From Octopus sinensis (Eukaryota), in the NCBI RefSeq assembly GCF_006345805.1, contig NW_021836126.1, positions 310,001-374,000 on the forward strand: 64,000 nt of DNA, read 5' to 3'. The notes under the pieces are model-generated. The model was not told the origin of the DNA. It worked only from the letters and a program-made list of their open reading frames with translations, and did not search any database. The position numbers were made by a program, and so were the translations under genes. Below, one piece after another: positions 24,119 to 34,205 of this stretch. Within the stretch, counting starts at the first letter, position 1. Every line of letters begins with the position of its first letter.

Positions 24119-24787
24119 CTATCATTTATTTCTTTTATTTTTTTCTTATTAAAATAAATTTCAATTTCCTACATTCGGTCATGATAAACGTATGGATGAT
24201 CAAGCAGTAAACTGAAAGGACATTCGGATGTGTCTATAATGTCGACCCAAAATTCCAAAATCAAAGTTGACACTTAAAACAAGAATCCATTTCTATAAAC
24301 CTCAATATTTTTGTTTACGACAAGACAGAAGAATGAAATAATTTTAATCGAAGTTCGCATTTTTTCCACAAGAACTGTTATAACAAGTTTTGGTTTGGAA
24401 ATAACACAAATACTATCTTCTTGCAAATGAGAAGTAAAGATTATTCCAATAGTCCTAAAATGGAATAAAGCTGTCTCAAAGTTCTAAGATATTTTCATAC
24501 TAGAGTTATAGCAGTGAAAAATGTAATTTAGTTAGAATTAAGTTTTCGTTAATGAGTTTGTGATCACTTAATTATCAAATCAAAAAAAATATTTGGTATT
24601 TTTGTTAGTTGACCAATTTTCTAGCAGATAAAGAAATCAATGATATACAGAAACACAATAATTTTGATTTTTTCACAATTAAAGATAGAATAAAGAAATT
24701 GAGAAAAAATTTCTTTTGTAAATTGCAAGAAATCTAAAATATTTAGAATGTAATAAAATTCGTAATTAGTTAAGAAAAATTTCTGAT

Positions 24788-25928
24788 ATGGGATTTGCGG
24801 TCAAATGGACTTAATTTTATTATCAAAATATGCGATATTTGTGTAACATTCTATAAAAAATGGTTTGTAGAAAAACACAAATTGATGCAAAAACATAAAT
24901 CGCATATGAACAAGCCTAAAAAGAGCATTCAAAGGTTTTTTCCCACTACTGTTGTTACTAATGATTTTTTGCTCAATCTAACTAAATCATTTGTTTCAGC
25001 AAATATTCCATTATATAAATTACGGAATCCTGCCTTAATAAATTTTTTTAATACTATTGGATTCGAGTTACCTTCAGAATCAAAATGTCGAAACAATGTC
25101 AAAATTTTGGCAGAAAGACGTGTTAGTGAGATTATCCAATTGTTAATTAATGAAAGGATTTTCTTAATTGTTGATGAGTCTGATGCCGGTAAAGATAAAT
25201 TTGTCAATATTCTTATTGATACACAATTGTGGTTTAAGGATAAAACTAAGTTACCTTACAGTGGATAACTTAATTGCCTTCATTAAAGGACTTGTTCTCA
25301 AAAACAGTAGTCGAAGGCAACTATTTTCTGAAATAGGACTACCTCTAGAACCTATTGTTACTAGATGGGGAAGCTGGCTTTGAGCAACCAAGTACTAGGT
25401 GGAACATTTTCTCAGAGTGTTGGAAATATGCAATTCGTTAAAAGGAGAATCCCTATTGATTCGGAGGGCAAAAGAATCAATAAACCATGAAGGACTTGTT
25501 AATGATTTAAAAGAAATATGGAATCACTATTCTCCACTTGCAGATGTTTTTCCTGAAATTGAGTCCACAAACTTTTTAATCGAGAAGGCTATTAATTTTT
25601 TGAAAATACTCGATCTGAAAGAAGATACCTGCAAAATAAAAGAATATATTGATAAAAGAATGAATAAGAATGAAATTATGAAAATTGTTACGGAGAAGAA
25701 TATTTTTCGCCTATGGAAAAGTTGCGACTACTCCAATGTCAGGCAACTACATGTTCTGTGGAGCGTTCATTTTCAATTCTCCATAAAATTTAGGCAAAAG
25801 ATCGGAATTTTAAACCGGAGAACCTTAAATTTTATATGATTCTTTATAACTCCTGATTTAAAAAAAAATTCTTGGCTCTTTATAGGTCAACTTTTTGATA
25901 TTTTTGGGTCAACTTTGTGATTACCCTA
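24788..25928 (+). mobile_element. hAT-like transposase remnant 2 with right end
   Basis: FVSANIPLYKL, FLIVDES, PLEPIVTRWGSWL, CPAT-like segment and ERSFS-like segment. The end ggtcaactttgtgattacccta resembles the end of remnant 1. Confidence 0.75.
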
Positions 25929-25963
25929 TTTATTATAAATAGGAAAAAATTAAAAAAACAGAA

Positions 25964-26188
25964 ATGGTGAAAAGAATTCCCACCCCGAACAATAATGAGA
26001 ATAATGACTATCTTGAAAATGAATTAAATGAAATTTGCTACATAATTGAAGAATTAGACCAATTTTTAGACGAATATATTTTGAACGAAGAGAATCTGAC
26101 ACCGAATGATCTAAATGTGATCAACATGGTCGTTCAGTTTATAGAATTTTTGTCGGAGAAAATTGATAATATTGGAAATCGAATTTAA
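25964..26188 (+). CDS. Orphan small acidic protein, paralog B (74 aa)
   Basis: TATAAATA at 25934, intact ORF; shares RIPTP.NNENND..EN.L.EI..I and VQFIEFLSE motifs with paralog A. Confidence 0.65.
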   Translation: MVKRIPTPNNNENNDYLENELNEICYIIEELDQFLDEYILNEENLTPNDLNVINMVVQFIEFLSEKIDNIGNRI

Positions 26189-26379
26189 AACTAATATTAA
26201 TTTCTTTATTTTTCTCTATTTAAATAAATGGTTATTTTGGACATTAAGTAGAAATTTATTATATGATATGGTTTAGTTTTGATTACTATGAGAAATGACA
26301 CTTAATAAATTATTGTTTGAAAACTAAAATGATTTTTATTTTTTTATTTGACACATCTTATCTATTTGGGAATTTTGAT

Positions 26380-26960
26380 TTAATGGTAGGCAGTGTTGAA
26401 AATGCCGTCTCACACTCATATGTTAGTTGCAAATGGAATAAGCACTTAAAGTAGCATATTTGCTAATTCTGAATAGGAATCAGCCATCTGAATCCAGAAA
26501 TCGCTTCGCGAAACTTCAGTGAATACGTGTTTTTCATATCCATAATTTTTCATGTCGATAAATTCTTCCTGATTTATACAATTTTCAGACGAAAGATTTT
26601 CAACTGAAATTGAAAATGGGTTGTTCAGAAAACGATACTATTTATCAAAATCTGAAATATCAGAAAAATATCTTAGAATTTAGACGCCAATTGAGTCAAT
26701 TACAATCCACAAAATATTCTCAGCAAGATCATTTATTTGTCTACTAACAGTATCATTTAAAAGTGAGATATGTTTCAGAATGTAAAGTTCAGAACTTGCT
26801 ATCATGAAAAAATAAAATATCGGAAAAATGGAATTTTTCGATATAAATATTTGAAATTTTATTTAATGAAAAAATAAAATAATAATTTTTTACCTAGTTT
26901 TTAAATATAGTTGAATATGCTAAATCTATCTCCTCTCCATTCTTTTTAATCGCATTCTTC
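26380..26960 (-). mobile_element. Buster/Charlie-type hAT transposase C-terminal remnant
   Basis: FWIQMADSYSELANMLL*VLIPFATN..CETAFSTL..IKSK (hAT dimerisation domain). Shares about 50 bp with 41450-41500. Confidence 0.7.
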
Positions 26961-27185
26961 AATCAAATTGCTTACCAAAAACTCAACAATGTGAAAAAAG
27001 ATGCCGTTAAATATGCCTTTTTAAACCGAATCTTGCAGTTATACGAGGACTGGCTGGAACAGGAAAAACCGCTGTCTTAATAGAAATTATTCAGCAGTTA
27101 CTTATTGATAAAAATAAACGAGTTATTATATTTTTCAAATTTAAAGATATTGGTAACTGCTTTTCGAATACTGCTGAAAAAATTG
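26960..27185 (+). pseudogene. IGHMBP2-like helicase copy 2, motif I fragment
   Basis: VIRGLAGTGKTAVLIEIIQQLLIDKNKRVI parallels copy 1 IIQGPPGTGKSAVILEIIQQSLIDENNRV. Confidence 0.75.
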
Positions 27186-27189
27186 CATT

Positions 27190-28183
27190 AATTGCAACAA
27201 CACTGGGCAACTGGCGGGCTACGATGCCCGATAAATGCACGGGTTGCAAAGAATCTGGCAGCTAAAAAACCGGTCCACTGGGCAATGTCGACAAAGCACT
27301 TAAGATGGTTGTCGCCTCGCGTCACAAAATATTTGGGATCTGCGCAGTCGAACCCATCACGTTGTGTTTCTTTTGGGGGTATGTTTTTCTCATAAATTGA
27401 ATTTTTATTATAATTTTCGATAGTAAATGAGATTAACATCAAACTAAGTGGGATTAGAAGAAAATTAAATGAGATTAACGTCAAACTAACTGGACTTAAT
27501 AACGAACTAAATGGGATCAATAAAAGATTACGTTTATTATAAATATTATATTTCGACGCAGAAAATAAAAATGCCACGTAAATCATTGGAAGAGAAAAAT
27601 CAAATACATAGAAATGAAATACATTTAATTTCAGCTGCAGAATCAGGTGGGGATTGGAAAAAAAGGCAATTGAACTCAATATCTCGAGAACAACAGGATA
27701 TCGTTGGATAATGGATGGAGTTAAACCTGACACGAGAGGTGGAAATTATAGAAAAAAGTTTGACGAAGAACATATCGACTTTTTTATATCATGCATTGAA
27801 GACTATAGCACAATTACCCTTCATGGAATAAAACGAAAATTTGAATTAATTTTTCCGAAATTATCAATATCAAGTATCGCTCGACATCTCGATCTAAGTT
27901 TGTATACATTAAAGAAATTGAGATTCGACCCTGAAAAAGCTAATTGTGAAATTAACAAAATCAAGAGAAAAAAATTTGTTAAAAAATATTTAAAATTTAA
28001 TGATTTTCACATTCTTCGTCTCGGTCCGTACAGCCCAATGCTTAACCCCATACAAAATGTATGGTCAAAAGTAAAAGCTCACATGAAAAGAGACATCTCT
28101 TCTAAAAAAACCAAATTTTATTCCAACAAGGAGAAGGTTTGTCAATTAAAGAGTATCGAACACGGATACTTGAACAAATAATT
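27190..28183 (+). mobile_element. IS630/Tc1-like transposon, left part (DDE core deleted), interrupted by an R4-like element
   Basis: HTH region (LNISRTTGYRWI..RGG), TITL..IK, LGPYSPMLNPI.NVWSKVK. The reading LEQII resumes as VDRMKTITSKD after the poly(A) at 31731. Confidence 0.75.
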
Positions 28184-31100
28184 GTTATGCAACGAATAAA
28201 GAGTCTTGAACAAATAAAGAGTCTGTTATGCAACGTGCTACTATCTCGATGTGTGCTCTACCTGGACAACAAGAAACTAACAATATTATTAATAATAATA
28301 TACCTAGAGCAGGATGGACAACCGCATCGGAGAGACAGACGTCCGATGGCAAGAACATCGTCTTTGCCATTGCTGAAGGGATCGAGTGCACGACCCGGGA
28401 GGACTGGGTTAAATCCGCCCTTTCCCAAGTGTTGGGAAGAGCTTCCAGGATGCCCAGAAATGGGTGGCCTACCCTGCTTCAGTGTTTCAATCGACGCTTT
28501 AGCTCGAACCTATCGTTAGATGCACTGAAGAAGCTGGCCAAGACCCCTCCTCCTGGCTCGCGGGGGAGGACTGCCGCTGCGGTTACGCCGTCAGGATGCC
28601 CCCCGTGTTCTGAACAACACGAGCACCAGAGTAGTGAGTTATCGCTACTCTTGCAGGTTAAGGAGATATTTAGTAGGCATATCTCTGCGAATCGTGTTGT
28701 CCCCCTTGCGGACCGCAGAGTGACCCGAAAGATACCTCGGTGGCAACTCAGAAGTGACGTGATGGGTTGCATCAATCGTGCCATAGCTTACGCGATCGTG
28801 CGTGAGCCTCCGGAGACAATGGACGAGATTTCTCTTTATTTGTACTCGGCACAGACAACCTATGATGAAATCACTCAGAGGCCTGCCCCAAAGAGTAGAT
28901 GGAGAGAAAACATTGCCGCAAAAGTAGCCGCAAGGAAAGCCGAGCTGGAAGCGCTGACTGGGCACATTTTGAATGTGAGCAATGGGGTCAAGGGCAAGAC
29001 TCCCCCCTTGGTGCGTACTTTACTTCGTCGGGAACGAGCTGCCAAATGGGACCTCAACGAGTTGAGGCGTGTCCGGGCAGAGAGGGAGGAGCTGATTCTC
29101 GTTTATCAGAAGAAGCTCTCAACTCATGAGTCTCGGTGTCAGCGCAGGCGGGAGAACAACCTGTTTGAATTTAATCGCAGGTCGTTCTATCGTCGGTTGC
29201 ACGGAGAGACGAAGGAGGGTACCCAGCAAAAGGCCGAAATGCTTGACACATGGGGGAGTATGTGGAAAGCACGTCCTCGCAAGGGTGTGTCGTTTCCGTT
29301 TTGTGGACCCGATGCTCCCTTGATGACCGAGTCTTGTGGTGTCTCTGACATCCGCAAGAAGTTCGATGAAGCAGTAACCCGTCTCTCTGACTGGAAGACA
29401 CCTGGGGTCGATAAAGTGTATAATTTCTTTATTAAAAATTGCAAACCTATCCATGATTGCATGTGTCGAGCAATCGAACAGTTTACACTAGACCCTGGCT
29501 CGATTCCAGAGTGGTTATGTACTGGGGTCACTTATTTGATCCCTAAAGTAGATAACCCTTCCGCTCCGACAGATTATCGTCCGATAACCTGTATGCCCAA
29601 CCTGTACAAGTTGATGACTAAGGTGGTGGCTACTGAGGTCAGAAATTTCGTGGAGGTGAATGGGATTCTGTCCGAGAACCAGTTAGGTACTCGGCGGGAT
29701 TGCCAGGGAGCTAAGGAGCAGGCACTGATCAACAAATGCCTCGCGAGAGCCCACGGAAACTCACTAGTGTCAATGTGGGTGGATGTGAAGAAGGCATATG
29801 ACTCGGTTGATCATGCCTACCTCGTTGAGTGTCTGCGAAGGCTTAAGTTGCCAATGTGGTTTATCAAATTTGTTGCAACTGTGATGGACAGGTGGAACGT
29901 CCATCTAAATTACAACAAATGCGATATAGGCGAGGTGAAACTAGAGAGGGGCATATTACAGGGCGACAGCATGTCTCCGCTGCTGTTCGTCCTCTGCCTA
30001 GAACCGCTGAGTAGAGTCCTCACTGCCCAATTCGAACAAATGTCGATCGAACATGAAGGAGGGTGTTTTAGCACCAACCATCTCATGTTCATAGACGACA
30101 TTAAGCTGTTCGCTCGGTCTTCAGAGATCCTTCACTCAATGGGTAAAGTCCTGAAAGGTTTCATGAAGGCCGTGGGGTTGGAGCTCAACTACAACAAGTC
30201 GGCGACTAACACCCCTGTGTGTGGTGACCTAGTCAAAGTCTTGGAGGAACACCAAGGATATAAGTATCTTGGTGTGGTTGAGAGTCCAGCCTCATTAATC
30301 ACACCCGAAACGAGAAAGTGTGTAGTGGAGGGTGTGCGTAGTAGGGCGGCAATGTTATGTAAGACTCGGCTTAATGCACGGAACTTATTTCATGCCTTGA
30401 ACGAGTATGCCATCTCATTGCTAAACTACTACGTTGGCCTGATCGAATTCGAGCCGAGTGAGTACGATGAAATGGACCTTATTGTCCGAAGAGTACTCCG
30501 AGAGAATCATGTCCACGTGTTGGCAAGCAATAAGGAGAGATTGTACTTGTCTCGCGGGCAGCTAGGACGTGGACTGAGTAACATCGTACACTTAAGTGAG
30601 CGAATTCTTACTAAGATGCACGACACCTTGTGGAGTGGGTCGAGTGTATCCCAAAGGAAGGCTGCCATCCTTGCTGCTGAAAAAGCGCGTGGTACACACC
30701 TAGGGACCATAAAAGGCTATGTGTCGGCTAAGTATGGTCTAGGTGCTACCCAAGTTAATGTGAAGGAGTTGATCAAACTTCAAAAGGAGTCTTTAATTAA
30801 AAAGATCAACTTAAAAGTCCTTCACAAGACTCTCTTTAGCAGCCTGGACAACCCGCACATTGACGTATCGTCGTCATCTACGTGGCTGAAATATGGGAAT
30901 AACTCTCCCCGATCAGAAGGGTTGTTCTCATATTTGCAGGATAGAAACTTTTTTAATGGTCAACGGAAACAGTGTAACCACTGTAAGAGTAAGGCAATGA
31001 CCGTTGACCATTTAGCCACGAAGTGCGGGAGTATGCTTTACCATGATTACACATGGAGGCATAACGAGGTGGTGAGGTCCCTCCATCTTTTGCTCTGCAA

Positions 31101-31730
31101 TAAGTACGGCTTGAGGCGGTCCAGAAAGTTGCGAACCCATCGAGTTCAATCGGTGTGTGAGAACTCGCGGGTGTGCATTAAGGTGGATACCCCCATACGC
31201 ACCTCGATTGTTGTCCAGCACAACAGACCCGACATTGTGGTCCACGATAAGGTCACCGGGGAGATTGTTATCGTGGAGGTGGGCATCACGTGCCTAGACC
31301 GTTTGCAGATAGTGGAAGTGGAGAAAAGGAGGAAGTATGACCTCCTTGCAAACGAGCTAGGACTGATGCACCAGTGCAAAGTCCATGTCATCCCGTGTGT
31401 GATGACATGGGATGGACTGGTCACCAAATACCACAAGCGGTACTTAAGACAGTTGGATGTAGATAAGTCTCTACAGGCTTATATACAGTCAACTGTTCTT
31501 AAGAGGACTCTGGAGAGTGTCTCGTTTGATGCTCGCCGATCCAGCCCTTTCCTGACGTTTAGTCAGCAAGAGGCGCTGGACTGCACCTTCTCGAAGGTCT
31601 ACAGTGCCAGAGAAGAGGAGGAAGAAGGGGAGGAGGTGCGTGGAGTGCCGCCTTCTGCTCACTTCGAAGGCTCTGGACTTAGTTAGTAAAATTACTTAGT
31701 TAATTAGTTTCTTTCTTAATAAAAAAAAAA
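28184..31730 (+). mobile_element. R4-clade-like RLE non-LTR retrotransposon, ORF intact, poly(A) tail
   Basis: 3' end aataaaaaaaaaa at 31718-31730; scrambled 5' junction. Confidence 0.9.
28228..31686 (+). CDS. 1152-aa RT + CCHC knuckle + RLE polyprotein
   Basis: KTPGVD, YRPITC, WVDVKKAYDSVDH, ILQGDSMSPLLF, HLMFIDD, YKYLG, CNHC..HLATKC, RHNEV, RPDIV..IVEV, KRRKY; no stops. Confidence 0.92.
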   Translation: MQRATISMCALPGQQETNNIINNNIPRAGWTTASERQTSDGKNIVFAIAEGIECTTREDWVKSALSQVLGRASRMPRNGWPTLLQCFNRRFSSNLSLDALKKLAKTPPPGSRGRTAAAVTPSGCPPCSEQHEHQSSELSLLLQVKEIFSRHISANRVVPLADRRVTRKIPRWQLRSDVMGCINRAIAYAIVREPPETMDEISLYLYSAQTTYDEITQRPAPKSRWRENIAAKVAARKAELEALTGHILNVSNGVKGKTPPLVRTLLRRERAAKWDLNELRRVRAEREELILVYQKKLSTHESRCQRRRENNLFEFNRRSFYRRLHGETKEGTQQKAEMLDTWGSMWKARPRKGVSFPFCGPDAPLMTESCGVSDIRKKFDEAVTRLSDWKTPGVDKVYNFFIKNCKPIHDCMCRAIEQFTLDPGSIPEWLCTGVTYLIPKVDNPSAPTDYRPITCMPNLYKLMTKVVATEVRNFVEVNGILSENQLGTRRDCQGAKEQALINKCLARAHGNSLVSMWVDVKKAYDSVDHAYLVECLRRLKLPMWFIKFVATVMDRWNVHLNYNKCDIGEVKLERGILQGDSMSPLLFVLCLEPLSRVLTAQFEQMSIEHEGGCFSTNHLMFIDDIKLFARSSEILHSMGKVLKGFMKAVGLELNYNKSATNTPVCGDLVKVLEEHQGYKYLGVVESPASLITPETRKCVVEGVRSRAAMLCKTRLNARNLFHALNEYAISLLNYYVGLIEFEPSEYDEMDLIVRRVLRENHVHVLASNKERLYLSRGQLGRGLSNIVHLSERILTKMHDTLWSGSSVSQRKAAILAAEKARGTHLGTIKGYVSAKYGLGATQVNVKELIKLQKESLIKKINLKVLHKTLFSSLDNPHIDVSSSSTWLKYGNNSPRSEGLFSYLQDRNFFNGQRKQCNHCKSKAMTVDHLATKCGSMLYHDYTWRHNEVVRSLHLLLCNKYGLRRSRKLRTHRVQSVCENSRVCIKVDTPIRTSIVVQHNRPDIVVHDKVTGEIVIVEVGITCLDRLQIVEVEKRRKYDLLANELGLMHQCKVHVIPCVMTWDGLVTKYHKRYLRQLDVDKSLQAYIQSTVLKRTLESVSFDARRSSPFLTFSQQEALDCTFSKVYSAREEEEEGEEVRGVPPSAHFEGSGLS

Positions 31731-31879
31731 GTAGATAGAATGAAAACAATTACATCTAAAGATTATGTACAACTTTATTTCTGGAATACAGGGAAATATT
31801 GCTGACACACTAAATATGGTTAACATAAAATTTAAACAAACAAAACTCTTGAGCTACTCGTAAATATCAAATTCAAACC

Positions 31880-32280
31880 TTCAGACATGCGACGGGTTAA
31901 TTTACCTATTCGTTACGGGGGCATCGGCATTCGTTCTTGTGGAGATTTATCCCTCCCATGTTACCTTTCCTCGTTGTCTGCTTCCGCTAGTTTCGTGAAC
32001 TCTGTTCTATTCCCCTTCTCTGAACAGCCCGAGTTGTCGGAATATGCGGCAGGTGTCGTCAACATGTGGATTTCTCGTGGGCTTAAAATCCCGGACGTCC
32101 CCTCAGTTCAAAAGAACTTGGATGAGATACATTGTTCGCATACACTCGAAGATATCCGCCTACGTGCTGACCAGTTTCAGTTGGCAAGCATTAATTGTGC
32201 CTGTCAACCCCACTCGGTCGATTGGATTGACGCTTTGCCGATTTCCTCTGCTGGAATGTTCCTGGACAACGAATCCGTAT
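31880..32280 (+). mobile_element. CRE-like thumb/linker fragment
   Basis: LPIRYGGIGIRSCGDLSLPCYLSS..WIDALPISSAGMFLDNES. Confidence 0.75.
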
Positions 32281-32919
32281 CAAGACATAACCGGATTTTC
32301 TCTGGTTGGAAAAGGTTTTTTGATTAAAACCGCACCGATGGCTTTAAATTATGGAGAGTCGGGTACAGAAGGTGGAAGAGTAACTCTCGAAGAATGGAGA
32401 GTAGCACTAATGAAAGTGTTAGCGCCTGTAAGATTTGCTCACGCAGCAGAGCGAAATCCTGATGCTGTCGACCCACTAATGGACAGATTTCACACAGTAA
32501 TGCGGAACTTAGATCCAACATACCAGCCGGAACGTTCACTTGTATTAAAAATGTACCAAAAATATCTTCCAGACCGAGGTCTAGATAAACTATGCTGTTT
32601 ACTAGACAAAATGCTTTATACATGTCCTGAAGATCCAATGTCAGCATTGAGATTCTGCACTATTCCTTTTTATAATGCTGGGAATGCAGTATTATCTCGT
32701 GTGGTTTCCCTATGCGCAGCATTCCCTAATGAACTAGAAAGAGCAGTGATGGTAGAGTCGTTATTCGCGTCAGCACACGTAAATAAAGTTAGTCGCTTCA
32801 TTGGTCACTGCTTCGCGGTCTTAAATCCAGACCATTTATGTATATACCAGAAAGGGTTAGGATTAGTGAAATCATCGGCATTCAGCTCCATGTCTCTCGA
32901 TGTGCGAGCCGGTACTTAA
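32281..32919 (+). CDS. Orphan intronless ORF (193 aa from ATG 32338, open back to the CRE junction)
   Basis: About 640 nt without a stop in AT-rich context; not assignable to the transposon families present here. Confidence 0.5.
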   Translation, partial: QDITGFSLVGKGFLIKTAPMALNYGESGTEGGRVTLEEWRVALMKVLAPVRFAHAAERNPDAVDPLMDRFHTVMRNLDPTYQPERSLVLKMYQKYLPDRGLDKLCCLLDKMLYTCPEDPMSALRFCTIPFYNAGNAVLSRVVSLCAAFPNELERAVMVESLFASAHVNKVSRFIGHCFAVLNPDHLCIYQKGLGLVKSSAFSSMSLDVRAGT

Positions 32920-33059
32920 TAGCTAGCTTATTCCGTTTTCCACTTTTTTTTAAAATAAGATTAATTTGTGGATCTGTCAATTCGAAAATCGAAACTTCAT
33001 TCATTTCCCAAATTTAAAAGAAACAAAATCAAATGATATATTCATTCTTTTAGAAGTCC

Positions 33060-33664
33060 TTATCGAATTAAAATCCGAATTTTCATCTCGATTTTTGGAC
33101 TTTAGAGCTCATTCGGACGAATTTTAAATGTTTTCTATACCTTTTGATGTAGAAATCAGCAAATAAAATTTATCAATTGAAACTTATAGATTTGCAGTCT
33201 GATCATGTTCTTAAAACGATTTTTTATTCAAATCTTTGTAACATTGTGGAATTTTATGAGAAATATGTTCAACCGCGTAGAAAACATACGCTGTTAGTAA
33301 GCCATTCCAAAAAATGATATCTTTATTTGGAAGTACTTTGTGTTTGCGAACAGTTATTTTCAAAAATGAAACACAGGAAAAATAATCATAGAACAAGAAT
33401 TGCGGATAATCATCTTAATGATGTTTTAACTTTATCGAAAACGACCTATGCACCTAATATCGATGAACTCTCGAACAAAAAACAACAGTATATGAAAAAT
33501 TAAACAACAAGTTCAATTAAAATAAAATTTACTCGTTGTTTGGTTAAGAAAGTTTTATTCAATTAATTAATATTAGCCTTAAATAAGTAAAAAAATTATC
33601 CGGCCCGCAGACCAATAATATTTTATAATCCGGCCTGTGAAGTCGGAAATTCTGCCGACCACTG
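33060..33664 (+). mobile_element. SPIN-like hAT 3' fragment with right TIR
   Basis: EFSSRFLDFR..PFDV, YAPNIDEL..KQ, a cggcccgc subterminal motif, and the end gccgaccactg. Confidence 0.7.
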
Positions 33665-34205
33665 TACTAGAATGAACTGCCACAATAAAAATACACAATA
33701 AAATACTAAAAAAAAGATCGAAATACCAAAAAATCAAAATTTAAAATACTATAAAGAATTAAATTTAATTTAAGAAATCCTTATGAATGAAGATTAATTG
33801 ATTGATAAAATAAATACAAATTTACTTGCAAAATAAACTTTATAGAAAATATTTTACCAGTAGTCAATTTAATTAATCTTCAAACAAATAAAAAACAAAA
33901 ATATTATAAAAATAAAGTATTAATTTCAAGAAAAAATAAAAATTAACACCCAATAATAACAATAATTAATTGGAACCAGATTAACAACCAGAAACACAAC
34001 AAAATAAGAAAATAACGTGCATAAAACGTGATATGTAATTTATCCTAATTAAGTCAATAAATTTAAAATATTTTAAAAATTAAATGATTTATTGTAAAAT
34101 AATTGTAATTTACTAAAAGTTAACAAAAGCATCCATCCGAAGTGGACCCCGCCAACATTATTGACGTTGCGTTGCCTCTCACAATAGCAACGGAGTTCAA
34201 CTGGA

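Noticed and set aside
28479-31436. Many short antisense or alternate-frame ORFs over the R4-like ORF and other GC-richer segments
   Set aside because: They are expected shadows of stop-poor coding DNA and carry no recognisable motifs.
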